From: an uncultured Bacteroidales bacterium
GTDB taxonomy: Bacteria; Bacteroidota; Bacteroidia; Bacteroidales; UBA10428
Assembly (NCBI GenBank): GCA_964634105.1
Contig: CAZWIU010000007.1
Span: 2,051-66,050, forward strand
DNA length: 64,000 nt
Direction of reading: 5' to 3'
Part shown: positions 9,244-19,352 of the stretch, in pieces
Numbering within the stretch: position 1 is the first letter of the stretch
Layout: each line of letters begins with the position of its first letter
Made by a program: the position numbers and the translations under genes
Notes under the pieces: generated by a model
Databases searched by the model: none
What the model saw: the letters and a program-made list of their open reading frames with translations, nothing else
Told to the model about the DNA's origin: nothing

Positions 9244-10848
9244 TTAATAACCTTCGTTCTGGGGAACATTGGAAATGTCGACAAAGGATTGAGGAATGGG
9301 CCATCTTGTATGGAAAGGCTGGTATACTTCCCCGACTTCCGGACAATATTCAGTAACTCTTTCATATAATATACCCAGCCTTTTCAGGAAAGCATACCGA
9401 TGCCCCTCATGGCCGAGTTCTCTTAGCTGTTCATCAATCAGATTATTCTCGGTGAGGGGCAGGCTAGCCAATCCTGCCCTATTCCTGATCTTATCAAAAT
9501 AATACTGACCCTCGTCGGGCCTCCCGTCTCTCATCAACGCCTCGGCAGCAATCAGATATGCCTGGGAAATACGATACAAAATGATATTCCTGTATCCCTC
9601 GGCATCAATAAGTTTTCTTCCTAGAGAACCGTCTTCCCAATACTTCCTTGTAGTTGGCGCTATCAGGATACTTGTATCGTTAGTATACAGGTTTTCTTCC
9701 AGCAGCCAAATATTTTCAAGGGTAACTGTATCGCCGAGTGATACTCCGGGAGGCAAAGGATCCAGAAATGAATTAATATTATAAGTCCAGAATCGTTTAT
9801 GCCACGCCTCCAGTCGCAGGTCATCGGCCTCAAAAAGTGTCCAGTAATAGGGCGAGGGTAGTAATCTTGACCAGTTACGACCGCCTCCTTCCCAGGAGAT
9901 AGTCACACCAGATATCTTGCTGTACAGGGGCATCAATTGCACAGAACAACGTTGCGGATTATCGCGGTCAGCGGAAGAGAAAAGCCACGAAAAAATGATC
10001 TCGCTGTTATCCTGGTGATGGCAGGAAAAAATATCCGCTATATTGGAAGATGGTACCAGGTCGTAGGCCGGGTCGTCGATAACCTGTTGAGCCATCATGA
10101 AAGCTTCCGGATATCGCTGCAGGCTCATGAATACAAGCGAAAGCAAATGGCGGGCAACCCCTTTTGAAACCTTTACCGGCTGCCCCGGAACAGCTTCGGG
10201 TAAAAGACTGATAGCTTCTTCCAGGTCTGAAACGATCAGGTTATAAACTTCCAGACTGTCGGCCAACGAAACAGGCTCAGAAGGATTATTAAAAACATGA
10301 TCCATCATTACAATGTGATCCCACCGTTCAATCAGGCTCAGGTGGAAATACGCCCTGAAATAATATGCTTCACCAACCACAGTATTTTTACGGTTAACCT
10401 CATCGGAATTCATTTCGTCAATAATAACTTCATCTTTTGCTTCTATGATAGAATTCGCATATTTAAGTCCGGTGTAATAACCATTCCAAATTTCCAGAAC
10501 AGCTTTATTCGTGGCTGTAAACGAAGTAAGTTTTGCATATTCTTCAAAAACAGGCTGATCAGGCAAATTGGTCCCTAACATGATCTCATCAGAATGGCAT
10601 AATTTAAAGACACTATAATCGTCGGAACTATGAATAAACCTTCCTTTGGAATAAACACCCAGGATCGTACTTTCAATACCTTCAAGTGTCAGGTTCGGGT
10701 TTTCAGGATTTTCGGGGATATCAAGATCGATTAAACGATCGCATCCTGTTAGGATAAACAGCAAAAACAGGATTACGACAAATAATCGCTCACGGTTCGT
10801 TATATAAAGGATGTCACTATCTTTCCGACTAAAATGGTAAGCTGTCAT
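9244..10848 (-). CDS. RagB/SusD-family nutrient-binding outer-membrane lipoprotein (orphan, no adjacent SusC)
   Basis: Lipobox FILTGCD. The C-terminus ...RELGHEGHRYAFLKRLG...RWPIPQSFVDISNVPQNEGY is typical of SusD. Confidence 0.8.
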   Translation of the reverse strand: MTAYHFSRKDSDILYITNRERLFVVILFLLFILTGCDRLIDLDIPENPENPNLTLEGIESTILGVYSKGRFIHSSDDYSVFKLCHSDEIMLGTNLPDQPVFEEYAKLTSFTATNKAVLEIWNGYYTGLKYANSIIEAKDEVIIDEMNSDEVNRKNTVVGEAYYFRAYFHLSLIERWDHIVMMDHVFNNPSEPVSLADSLEVYNLIVSDLEEAISLLPEAVPGQPVKVSKGVARHLLSLVFMSLQRYPEAFMMAQQVIDDPAYDLVPSSNIADIFSCHHQDNSEIIFSWLFSSADRDNPQRCSVQLMPLYSKISGVTISWEGGGRNWSRLLPSPYYWTLFEADDLRLEAWHKRFWTYNINSFLDPLPPGVSLGDTVTLENIWLLEENLYTNDTSILIAPTTRKYWEDGSLGRKLIDAEGYRNIILYRISQAYLIAAEALMRDGRPDEGQYYFDKIRNRAGLASLPLTENNLIDEQLRELGHEGHRYAFLKRLGILYERVTEYCPEVGEVYQPFHTRWPIPQSFVDISNVPQNEGY

Positions 10849-11550
10849 TGCATATTGTAACGTGGCTTCGAAATTAATCCGAATTAAGCAATAGAAAAAA
10901 TTTCAAGGATTTTATGATAAAAGAAGCACACTTCTCCCTTACAGTTTCCAAATGAATTTTTTCAATAGATATTACTTTGCACTATTGTTCGATTAAATTC
11001 AATGTTTTTTATATTTCGTACCTACAGCACATTTAAGCTAATTATAATTGCCTCTTCTACAAATATATAGTACCTGCGGTACTTTCTTTTAGCATCGTCA
11101 GAGGCTAATTATCTGTATAAAAAGTCACATGCAAATACCTGAGCCCTGTAGGTGGTGATAAATCCATATACTCTTTAAATTCAGCTGTTATAAATTTAAA
11201 AATATTTTAATCGGACAGTAGTGATTACTTTTATTACCTGCTTACTATCAGCATTAGCCGAAGTATTGCCCTGCACTATTCCAATATAAGCTAAGGGTAT
11301 AAATTTTAAACATGAAGCGTTGAAGGTTGAATTGAGAATACTTTTAAAAACCACACGGTAAAATTGTTCGGTATCATAGGGTCGCCGCACGTTACTATGG
11401 CTTCAACTGACTTTTCAAGATAAATCTAGTTTCAACTCTACTTCCTCTGATAGCTATTGGTGATGTTTCCGAAAGTCTTTGAGACCTCCTTGGTTTATAT
11501 AACATAATCTGTTACCACAAAACCTAAATCTTTGTTCACCTGTATATCTC

Positions 11551-11688
11551 AATTGTATCAATTGCCAAAATCAGGTATATGACCTATTTGGTAGAATGGA
11601 TACTACTTGTATACCAACTGCTGCAATTGTTCAAATTTGGGTATATGACCTACTTGGCAGAGCGGATACTCACCACCAGATCTGCTGC
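11551..11688. repeat. tandem direct duplication (74 + 64 bp)
   Basis: Both units begin aattgt and end ctgctgc. The cores are ggtatatgacctatttggtagaatggatact and ggtatatgacctacttggcagagcggatact. Confidence 0.7.
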
Positions 11689-11700
11689 CGTGGATGGCGC

Positions 11701-11736
11701 AAAAAAAAGCCGTCAACTAATTATTGGCGGCTTTTT
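11701..11736 (-). terminator. rho-independent terminator after susD (A8 / hairpin / T5, usable in both directions)
   Basis: aaaaaaaagccg-(15 nt)-cggcttttt. On the minus strand the stem is followed by T8. It lies 21 nt downstream of the SusD stop. Confidence 0.6.
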
Positions 11737-11756
11737 AATAATCAGCTAACTATTGA

Positions 11757-13715
11757 TTAATTAGTGTATCCCGGGTTTTGATATGCTGCTTTTTCATCAT
11801 CGGTCATTTCAAGAGCATCTATCTGATTCTGTGGTATGGGACGTAGATAGTGATAAGGTTCAATAGTACGTTGATAAGTAACTGGGGTGTGATCCCCCTT
11901 AGCGATTCCGCAAATGGTATATTCAGAAGCGAGTTCATTCCATTTTTGCGTTCGAACCAGATCGTACCAGCGATAACCCTCGCCGAAAAACTCACGTGAA
12001 CGTTCAGCAAGGATATAATTGATATCGATTGTGGCAGGCGTAGCAGCTATCATCTCACTACTATGATCTTCTATCTTTTCAACGTTACCATTATTATCCC
12101 AACGCCAAATACCAGCACGTGCACGCAATACATTGACAAGTTCGCGGGCGCTTTTACCGGCCTGAGTTGATGCTCCTTTTACTGCTGCTTCAGCAGCTAT
12201 TAAGTAGAGTTCAGAGAATTTAGCTATATTAAACGGACGGGTAAGTCCTGAATTCGGATGCCCATATCCTCCATCATTATCAGTACGGTAAGTACCTAAC
12301 TTATAAAGGCCAGGATACATGATTCTGCTTATGCCTGAAGGGTTCACTACATAATCAGCTCTTCCGGGAAGTACACCTGCACCTACACCACTTCTATATG
12401 TTGTATTAGAGTAATCAATGGCGGTTGCAGGATCTTCATCAAGGAAAGTGAGTACAGCGTCCCCCGGATAAACCTCCATAAAGTTTGCATTATAAACAGG
12501 AGCTTCAACTGGCGGATCTGCTTTATCGTAGTTTGCACGGTAAACGGTAGTAAAAGTACCGTCGTAACGAGAATCATTTGTTTTATCTGCAAATGTATTG
12601 GTAAAGACTTCTATTGGCGGGGCCATACGTGTCCAGGGCCGTCCCAGGTGCTGCACTGCTTCTCGCTGAACAGAACTAACATCTTCCCATGTTGTATTAC
12701 TAGAGCTACTCCTGATTTCAGTATAGTTCCATGTCATCATCCATACTGCAAAATTATCCGGAACAGAACCTGTACTATAATCCAGGTCGGTACTTCCATT
12801 GTATAAGGCACTTCCCTCAGTATGATCAGCCCATAACAATATCTCGCTATTACGGTCGTTTGATCCTAAATTCACATCATAATATGTTGGTTGCAAACCA
12901 TAAGGACCTGGGTTATCAATTGCCTCAACAGCAATATCGTATGCCTGCTGAAAATACCATGCTGCATCATGTCCATCAGGATCAACCCGACTTGCCTCGG
13001 GATAGGTGGGAATGTTATTTGGATTTTCAAGCCACCATCCGTAAGTCAGGTATGCTTTGGCAAGAAAATAACGGGCAACGGTTTTGGTAACACCTCCTGT
13101 TACACGAGGTACTTCCGGGAGGTCTTGCACTGCCAGGATCAGGTCAGGAAATATACCGATTGTATAAACTTCAGGTACTGTATTACGCACCGAGGTTCTG
13201 GCAGCCGACGAGTTGAATGCCAGGTTTCCGGCCCCAAGATCCAACGGAGCTCCTCCATAGGTCTGAACCAATAAAAAGTAATCAAAAGCCCTGAAGAACC
13301 TCGCTTCTGCAATTAATGCATCAGATAATCCTGCCAACGCAGCGTTTTCAATAATACCGCTTGCAGTATTAATAACCGGGAAGACTTGCGTCCATACCTG
13401 GTTACTTGACTGATTCGAGGTACGAACTACTCCAACATCTGTCATATCATAGTCCTTGAAATTTATGTCGGCACTCTGACCCCAGGTAGCCTCATCGGTT
13501 CCGGTTAGACAAGCATTAAAATAATAGGCCCATCCATACATATAGCGCAAGTGGGAGTATAATGCCGTTAAACCGCCCTGAACACCTTCTTCAGTCTGAA
13601 AGAAAGCAGAAGTAAACGAACTGCGAGGAGTTTCCTCCAGGATATCGTTACACGACAACTGGAACAATGCCATTATTGCCGCGATTATAAAAGATTTTAT
13701 ATGAATTTTTTTCAT
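11757..13715 (-). CDS. susD: RagB/SusD-family nutrient-binding outer-membrane lipoprotein
   Basis: 652 aa. Lipobox LFQLSCN. The C-terminus ...ERSREFFGEGYRWYDLVRT...RPIPQNQID is the SusD signature. It lies 11 nt downstream of susC. Confidence 0.9.
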   Translation of the reverse strand: MKKIHIKSFIIAAIMALFQLSCNDILEETPRSSFTSAFFQTEEGVQGGLTALYSHLRYMYGWAYYFNACLTGTDEATWGQSADINFKDYDMTDVGVVRTSNQSSNQVWTQVFPVINTASGIIENAALAGLSDALIAEARFFRAFDYFLLVQTYGGAPLDLGAGNLAFNSSAARTSVRNTVPEVYTIGIFPDLILAVQDLPEVPRVTGGVTKTVARYFLAKAYLTYGWWLENPNNIPTYPEASRVDPDGHDAAWYFQQAYDIAVEAIDNPGPYGLQPTYYDVNLGSNDRNSEILLWADHTEGSALYNGSTDLDYSTGSVPDNFAVWMMTWNYTEIRSSSSNTTWEDVSSVQREAVQHLGRPWTRMAPPIEVFTNTFADKTNDSRYDGTFTTVYRANYDKADPPVEAPVYNANFMEVYPGDAVLTFLDEDPATAIDYSNTTYRSGVGAGVLPGRADYVVNPSGISRIMYPGLYKLGTYRTDNDGGYGHPNSGLTRPFNIAKFSELYLIAAEAAVKGASTQAGKSARELVNVLRARAGIWRWDNNGNVEKIEDHSSEMIAATPATIDINYILAERSREFFGEGYRWYDLVRTQKWNELASEYTICGIAKGDHTPVTYQRTIEPYHYLRPIPQNQIDALEMTDDEKAAYQNPGYTN

Positions 13716-13726
13716 CGTTTTAATTA

Positions 13727-16700
13727 TTAGAATGTTACATTAATACCAACCAGATAGTTGCGCGTTGAAGGCGTATTAGTACCAATTGTAAGAATGCGTT
13801 GTCTATATGCCGTGTTTACAGCAGAATTTTCATTACCATAAGAATTAGGTTCAGGATCCAGACCTGTTTCTGAATGGAAAGGTGAGAAAAAGACAAAAGG
13901 ATTCTGTGCAGTAAAATAGACTCTCAGCTTACTCAACCCGTTATTTTTTATCCAGTTGATTCTATCCAGACTATATCCAAGAGTAATTGTACGGATCTTC
14001 ATATAGGATGCATCAAAATAACCAAGGGTACTACCATATTTGGGATTATCCGATTCTATAATACCATCCGGGTATGGATACCGCGCATCTGTATTTTCCG
14101 GAGTCCAGTAATCAACATCTACGTTATTTCTACGACCTGTTAACATATTAAGGTAGCCTGATGACGAATGAAGTGTACTGATAACCATTCCACCCTTTTT
14201 ATATGCTCCAACAATACTAAGGTCTATTCCTTTCCAGGATACATAGGTATTAAATCCACCCTGAAAATCTGGATCAACTTTTAGAGGAACTCTGTCGTCA
14301 GGGCCGATTCTTCTTACCGGAGTACCATCTTCGTTATATTCGCCAGTATATCGTACTTTAATCATGCCCACATTACCTCCCGATTCATATAATTCGAGTT
14401 CCTCAGCTTCATCTTCCTGCCAAATTCCCAGGTATTCATAATCATAGACTACATTGATCGGATGACCCACAAACCACCAGTTAGCAACATCTTCCTCCAC
14501 TCCGGAAGCAAGAGCAATCAACTCATTATTATTGTGGTAGAAGTTGAAACCAAGTTCCCAATTCCAACCATTATAATTATCAAGGATTCTGCCATTGAGT
14601 GATATCTCAACCCCTTTATTCCTGGTTTTACCAATATTCCCGTAGACATTGTCAGCTCCTGCAGTAGGAGGCAAACTCACCTGAAGGAGAAGGTCCTTGG
14701 TATTTGTTATATAATACTCTGCTGTTCCGGATAACCTGCCTTTGAATAAAGAGAAGTCCAATCCATAATTATAAGTTTCGGAATACTCCCAACCAAGATT
14801 ACTCGGAAGCCTGTTAACATAATAACCGGTAACATACTGATCTCCGAAATTATAAGGTCTTGTTGCAAGACTCCCCAGGGTAGCATAAGGTTCTACAGCC
14901 TGGTTAGATGTTTGTCCATATCCTGTGCGAATCTTTAATGAATTAATGAATGACACATTGTCCATAAAGGATTCGTTACCGATGTTCCACCCTAATGACA
15001 GTGCGGGGTAGGTATGCCATTTGTTTCCTTCACTTAATCTTGAAGATCCATCAGAACGAACAGCAGCTGTAAACATATACCGGGCATCGTAGGAATAAAT
15101 TACTCGTCCCATCCATGAAACCAATCCGGATTTATAATAGTTCTGGTAAGGTTCTCTTGAAGGATCATTTACATCGACGCTAGGAGAAACCGTGATTTCA
15201 CCTGTCGCCAGTGCAAGATTATAATATTGAAAGTCAGGGTTGGGAATATCTCTGGCTTGAACATGCGATTTGTTGTATTGTATTTCTTCTGCGGAATATA
15301 ATGCAACCAGGTTCAGATCATGTTTTTCCGCAAAAGTCCGGTTATAGCTCAACAGATTTTCGACGATCCAACCATTGGAATATCTATTAGTAATGGTAGC
15401 CACAGAGGAATTTGAAGGATTGGTACTATTGACTCCCTCTCCGGTAAAAGTACCTTTACCTGAGATACGAATGTTTGATCCAAGGTTAATACGATACTTC
15501 AGGCCTTTAATTCCAGGGATCTTTAATTCACCATACAGGTTGTTATACGCTGCAAACGCCTTTGTTTCACTAACCCAGGAATCACCCAGATTATCAATAA
15601 CATCACGAGTTATCATAAAGGGTTCATCCAGTGCCATACGGATGGTGCGTCTTAATGAACCATCGTCATTATATGGAGAAGCAAGGGGTGTCATACTCAG
15701 GACACCGTAAAGACCAATTTGATCACCTTCTGTGAGGCTATAGATATTGTTTGAAGAAAATCCAATATTAATATATTTACCAATAGCCTGATCAATACTA
15801 CCACGTATAGAATAGCGTGTAAATTGCTGCGATGGAATTGGAGATTGGTCCAGGTAGTATCCAATACCAAAGTTGTAACTGCCATTTTCCGTACCACCAG
15901 TTAGGTTCAGGTCATGACTCATAACAATAGCATCTCTATAGAGTAAATCCTGCCAGTCAGTATTTATTGTTGAATCTTCATCTAATCCATTATCATACCG
16001 ATCTGCAAGTTTACGAAGCTCATAAAAATCATGGCCATTCATCATTGGGTACTTTATAACCTTTTTGAAGCCATAATAAGTATTGTAGCTAAGCTGTGCA
16101 CTCTGTCCTTTGTTGCCTTTATTTGTAGAGATCAGAATAACACCGTTTGCGCCACGTGATCCGTAAATGGCAGTAGCAGATGCATCTTTAAGTATGTCAA
16201 TACTTTTGATTCCATTTGGATCGATATCGCTGATAGACCCTGAAAAGGGAATCCCGTCGAGTACGATAAGAGGATCGTTGTCAGCTGTAAGTGAACGTGT
16301 TCCACGGATTCGGATTTGCATTGTGGAGCCAGGTTTTGAGTTGGTCTGTAACATCTCCACACCGGCCACTCTTCCCTGTAATGCATTTGTCATATCAGCA
16401 GCTGGTACTTCACGTACTTCATCTCCACCAATTGATCCAACAGAACCTGTTACCGCTTCCTTCCTTTGGTAGCCATAACCAATTACCACAACTTCATCGA
16501 TTTCCTCAAGCGCCTCCTTCATTACCATATTAATTACTGTCTGGCTTCCTACAGCTATTTCTATTTCCTGATATCCCAAGGAAGAAAACACAAGTATTGC
16601 ATCGGTAGAGGGAACTGCAAGAGAATAATTACCATCAATATCCGTAATGGCACCCTTATCAGTTCCTTTAATCAACACTTTTACGCCGGGCAATCCATTG

Positions 16701-17116
16701 CCTTCGGCATCGACAACTTTGCCTTTTACAACAGTTTCCTGAAGCTTAGCTTTGGGTTTGATCACTACAAAATTATTGTCCAGTATCTGGTAATCGAGAT
16801 TTGTTTTATCCAGGAGCCTGTCAAGAATGGTATTGATATTCCCTTCATTGATTTCCAGGTTAACCTTTCTATCCAGCTCAGAATACTGGTCGCTGAAGAA
16901 AAATGCATACTCGCTGTTGTTTTCAATTTCGCGGAACAGATCCCGCAATTGAATGTCTTCAGCTTTTATGCTTATTTTTTTGCCTTCGGCATGTACAGCG
17001 GCTGTCGCATATGTTACAGCCAACAAACTTATCAATGCAATAAAATTGCATGTCAGGATAAGTCGTTTAAAATACCTTCCTTTCATAAAGGAAGAAGAAG
17101 TTAGGGTTAATCTCAT
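13727..17116 (-). CDS. susC: SusC/RagA-family TonB-linked outer-membrane transporter with an N-terminal STN signalling domain (transducer type)
   Basis: 1129 aa. It has an STN-like segment (ISIKAEDIQLRDLFREIENNSEYAFFF...VVIKPK), a CarboxypepD_reg-like segment (VKGKVVDAEGNGLPGVKVLIKG...DGNYSL), a plug and barrel, and a terminal ...GINVTF. The start could alternatively be M11 (17086). Confidence 0.9.
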   Translation of the reverse strand: MRLTLTSSSFMKGRYFKRLILTCNFIALISLLAVTYATAAVHAEGKKISIKAEDIQLRDLFREIENNSEYAFFFSDQYSELDRKVNLEINEGNINTILDRLLDKTNLDYQILDNNFVVIKPKAKLQETVVKGKVVDAEGNGLPGVKVLIKGTDKGAITDIDGNYSLAVPSTDAILVFSSLGYQEIEIAVGSQTVINMVMKEALEEIDEVVVIGYGYQRKEAVTGSVGSIGGDEVREVPAADMTNALQGRVAGVEMLQTNSKPGSTMQIRIRGTRSLTADNDPLIVLDGIPFSGSISDIDPNGIKSIDILKDASATAIYGSRGANGVILISTNKGNKGQSAQLSYNTYYGFKKVIKYPMMNGHDFYELRKLADRYDNGLDEDSTINTDWQDLLYRDAIVMSHDLNLTGGTENGSYNFGIGYYLDQSPIPSQQFTRYSIRGSIDQAIGKYINIGFSSNNIYSLTEGDQIGLYGVLSMTPLASPYNDDGSLRRTIRMALDEPFMITRDVIDNLGDSWVSETKAFAAYNNLYGELKIPGIKGLKYRINLGSNIRISGKGTFTGEGVNSTNPSNSSVATITNRYSNGWIVENLLSYNRTFAEKHDLNLVALYSAEEIQYNKSHVQARDIPNPDFQYYNLALATGEITVSPSVDVNDPSREPYQNYYKSGLVSWMGRVIYSYDARYMFTAAVRSDGSSRLSEGNKWHTYPALSLGWNIGNESFMDNVSFINSLKIRTGYGQTSNQAVEPYATLGSLATRPYNFGDQYVTGYYVNRLPSNLGWEYSETYNYGLDFSLFKGRLSGTAEYYITNTKDLLLQVSLPPTAGADNVYGNIGKTRNKGVEISLNGRILDNYNGWNWELGFNFYHNNNELIALASGVEEDVANWWFVGHPINVVYDYEYLGIWQEDEAEELELYESGGNVGMIKVRYTGEYNEDGTPVRRIGPDDRVPLKVDPDFQGGFNTYVSWKGIDLSIVGAYKKGGMVISTLHSSSGYLNMLTGRRNNVDVDYWTPENTDARYPYPDGIIESDNPKYGSTLGYFDASYMKIRTITLGYSLDRINWIKNNGLSKLRVYFTAQNPFVFFSPFHSETGLDPEPNSYGNENSAVNTAYRQRILTIGTNTPSTRNYLVGINVTF

Positions 17117-17227
17117 AGTTATGAATTTTAATTCTACATAGGTTTTGCTTTTGTATATTATTGCAGGTCATAATCCGGGTTACTAACCGGGACCTGCGCC
17201 GGGTTTATTTCATAGGCAGAAAGTTTC

Positions 17228-18364
17228 TTAGTAATTCTGAGTGATCGGTTTAAAATTTTTATTATAGTATAAAATGACTGTTTTTTCCCTGATCATATAC
17301 TTGATCGGCGAGGTAAGCTCTAACGCTTTTAATACCTGCTCCAACGGAAAATCGCGCAACGTACCTGAGTATGAATATTCCTTCAGGCGTTCGGAGTCAA
17401 ACATAAAAGTGACATCGTATTTTCGTTGAAGCTTTTTAGTGAGTTCTTCCAGCGGTTCATTGTTAATGATCAGCTTACCATCTTTCCAGGAAGTTGATTC
17501 ATCTGTATTAACATCTTCTGCAATATCAACATCTTTTAGCAGCTGCGTTACGCTTAAGTCGCGCGAAGCAATGGTTTCTTTAACCTGAATACCCGTTTTA
17601 TCAATCTCATAGCTACTAACCTGCATCTGTTTATCGGGCTTATGAAAAGTGAGTTTCTCCTTTGGCTTGAGGAATAGAGGACGATCGGATGTTTTGCTGT
17701 TGATCCTGATATTTCCCTCAACAAGTGTTGCTTCAATATTATCTTCGTCGGGATATGATTTAACATTGAATGTAGTGCCCAGAACCTCTATATCCAGGTG
17801 CGAGGTATGCACAACCATAGGATGTTTTCTTTTCTGAACATCGAAGAAAGCTTCCCCTTCGAGGTAAACTTCACGCGACGATACATCGAAATTGCGGTTA
17901 TACCTGAACTTGCTGCCGGCATTCAACCAAATCTTGCTGCTATCGGGAAGGATCAGCATCGATTTTGCTCCATAGGGAACTTCAATCTCGCAAAATGTTT
18001 TTGAGTCGGACACCGATGAACGGCTTCCGGCATAATATGCCAGTAATCCAACGCTAAGAGCGATGATGATAATGGATGCATATCGCCAGATTGTAACACG
18101 GAGTTGTTTTATTCTTGAATCTTTTTCCGATTGTCTCTCTGCTTCATATCGGTTAACCCGGTCAAGGAATTTGTTATATGCGCTCTCACTGAATTCCTTA
18201 TTAACAGCCTGGGCCGAGATCTCCATGAAGGTTTTCTTCAGAGTAACAAAATGCTTACGATTTTCTTCTCCTTCATCTAACCAGTGGAAAATAAAATCGA
18301 TCTCTTTCTCCGTGACGTTTCCTTCAAAATAACTCCAAATGATTTCCTCAACTTTTCTGATCAT
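17228..18364 (-). CDS. FecR-family anti-sigma factor
   Basis: 378 aa. It has an N-terminal cytoplasmic part, a single TM segment (YASIIIIALSVGLLAYY), and a FecR periplasmic domain (LPDSSKIWLNAGSKFRY...GEAFFDV). Confidence 0.85.
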   Translation of the reverse strand: MIRKVEEIIWSYFEGNVTEKEIDFIFHWLDEGEENRKHFVTLKKTFMEISAQAVNKEFSESAYNKFLDRVNRYEAERQSEKDSRIKQLRVTIWRYASIIIIALSVGLLAYYAGSRSSVSDSKTFCEIEVPYGAKSMLILPDSSKIWLNAGSKFRYNRNFDVSSREVYLEGEAFFDVQKRKHPMVVHTSHLDIEVLGTTFNVKSYPDEDNIEATLVEGNIRINSKTSDRPLFLKPKEKLTFHKPDKQMQVSSYEIDKTGIQVKETIASRDLSVTQLLKDVDIAEDVNTDESTSWKDGKLIINNEPLEELTKKLQRKYDVTFMFDSERLKEYSYSGTLRDFPLEQVLKALELTSPIKYMIREKTVILYYNKNFKPITQNY

Positions 18365-18446
18365 GATTTCTGTTCGTTTCCTTATTTAAGACGTTTATAT
18401 TGTCACCAACCCTAAAACAAGACTGGTATTTTTTTGAATGATGAAA

Positions 18447-19037
18447 TTAACGTATGATGAATAGTACAAGGATGATAAAATAATCCCTGAGGGCAGAATG
18501 AAAAGTCTTAAGTGCCTTTGTTATATGATACTCAACTGTTTTAACTTCAATGTTGAGCAACCCTGCAATTTCTTTATTTGTTTTGGATGCATCACGGCTC
18601 AAGGTGAATATCTCCTGTGTTTTGTCCGGTAAGGCCTTTTTTGCCTGATCAAAAATCCGTTGCATTTCATTGAACTGAACTTCCGTGAATGTAAAATCAG
18701 AGGAGCTGCTGTAAAGCATCTCGGCCTCCTTCATTTTTAACTGGTGCCGTAATTCATATTCAGCTGCCACTTTTCTATGTCGCAGGTATTGCAGGCATCT
18801 GTTATGCACCGCCCTGAACAGGTAGGATGAGAGAGAAGTCAGAATCTCAAGTTCTTCTCTCTTCTCCCATAAATTAAAGAAGAGTTCCTGCACAATATCT
18901 TCCGCCTCAATGGGATCTTCGACATAGCTTTTCGCATACAGGAGCAACCTGTGGTAGTAAAGATCAAAAAGATGACGGAAGGCTTCTTTGTTTCCCTCTT
19001 TGATCAATCCAACTATTTTTTTTTCCTGATTATCCAT
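18447..19037 (-). CDS. ECF-type RNA polymerase sigma-70 factor
   Basis: 196 aa. Region 2 (EDIVQELFFNLWEKRE) and a region 4 helix-turn-helix (NKEIAGLLNIEVKTVEYHITKALK) are present. Confidence 0.9.
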   Translation of the reverse strand: MDNQEKKIVGLIKEGNKEAFRHLFDLYYHRLLLYAKSYVEDPIEAEDIVQELFFNLWEKREELEILTSLSSYLFRAVHNRCLQYLRHRKVAAEYELRHQLKMKEAEMLYSSSSDFTFTEVQFNEMQRIFDQAKKALPDKTQEIFTLSRDASKTNKEIAGLLNIEVKTVEYHITKALKTFHSALRDYFIILVLFIIR

Positions 19038-19352
19038 GAATGTCAGAAAACATCGTCCTATAGCAAATGGACGACTAATATATTAAGATATCGTTGAATA
19101 ATGAAATTGGACCAGGGTTTTTAACAGTTTTAAGTTCATTCAGGATATTAAGTAGGTTCAGAAACTCCAGGCAAAAGTTGATTGACCTGTCTGCCCATGT
19201 CCAACAATTCCTTTTACCACGCCGTGAAAAGTGATTTTCAGTTGAAGGATAAACACCTGATTGTATTTATAAAACAAATCACTAGTTTTAGCCTTTCATA
19301 AAAATAACCATCATCCACACACAATTATATCTGCTATTTATCTCGTCTCACC

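Noticed and set aside
11196-11390. 64-aa ORF ending ...TTVRLKYF, resembling an OMP C-terminal strand.
   Set aside because: It is too short and isolated to call as a gene or pseudogene without a similarity search. It is mentioned only under the finding for the 10849-11550 gap.
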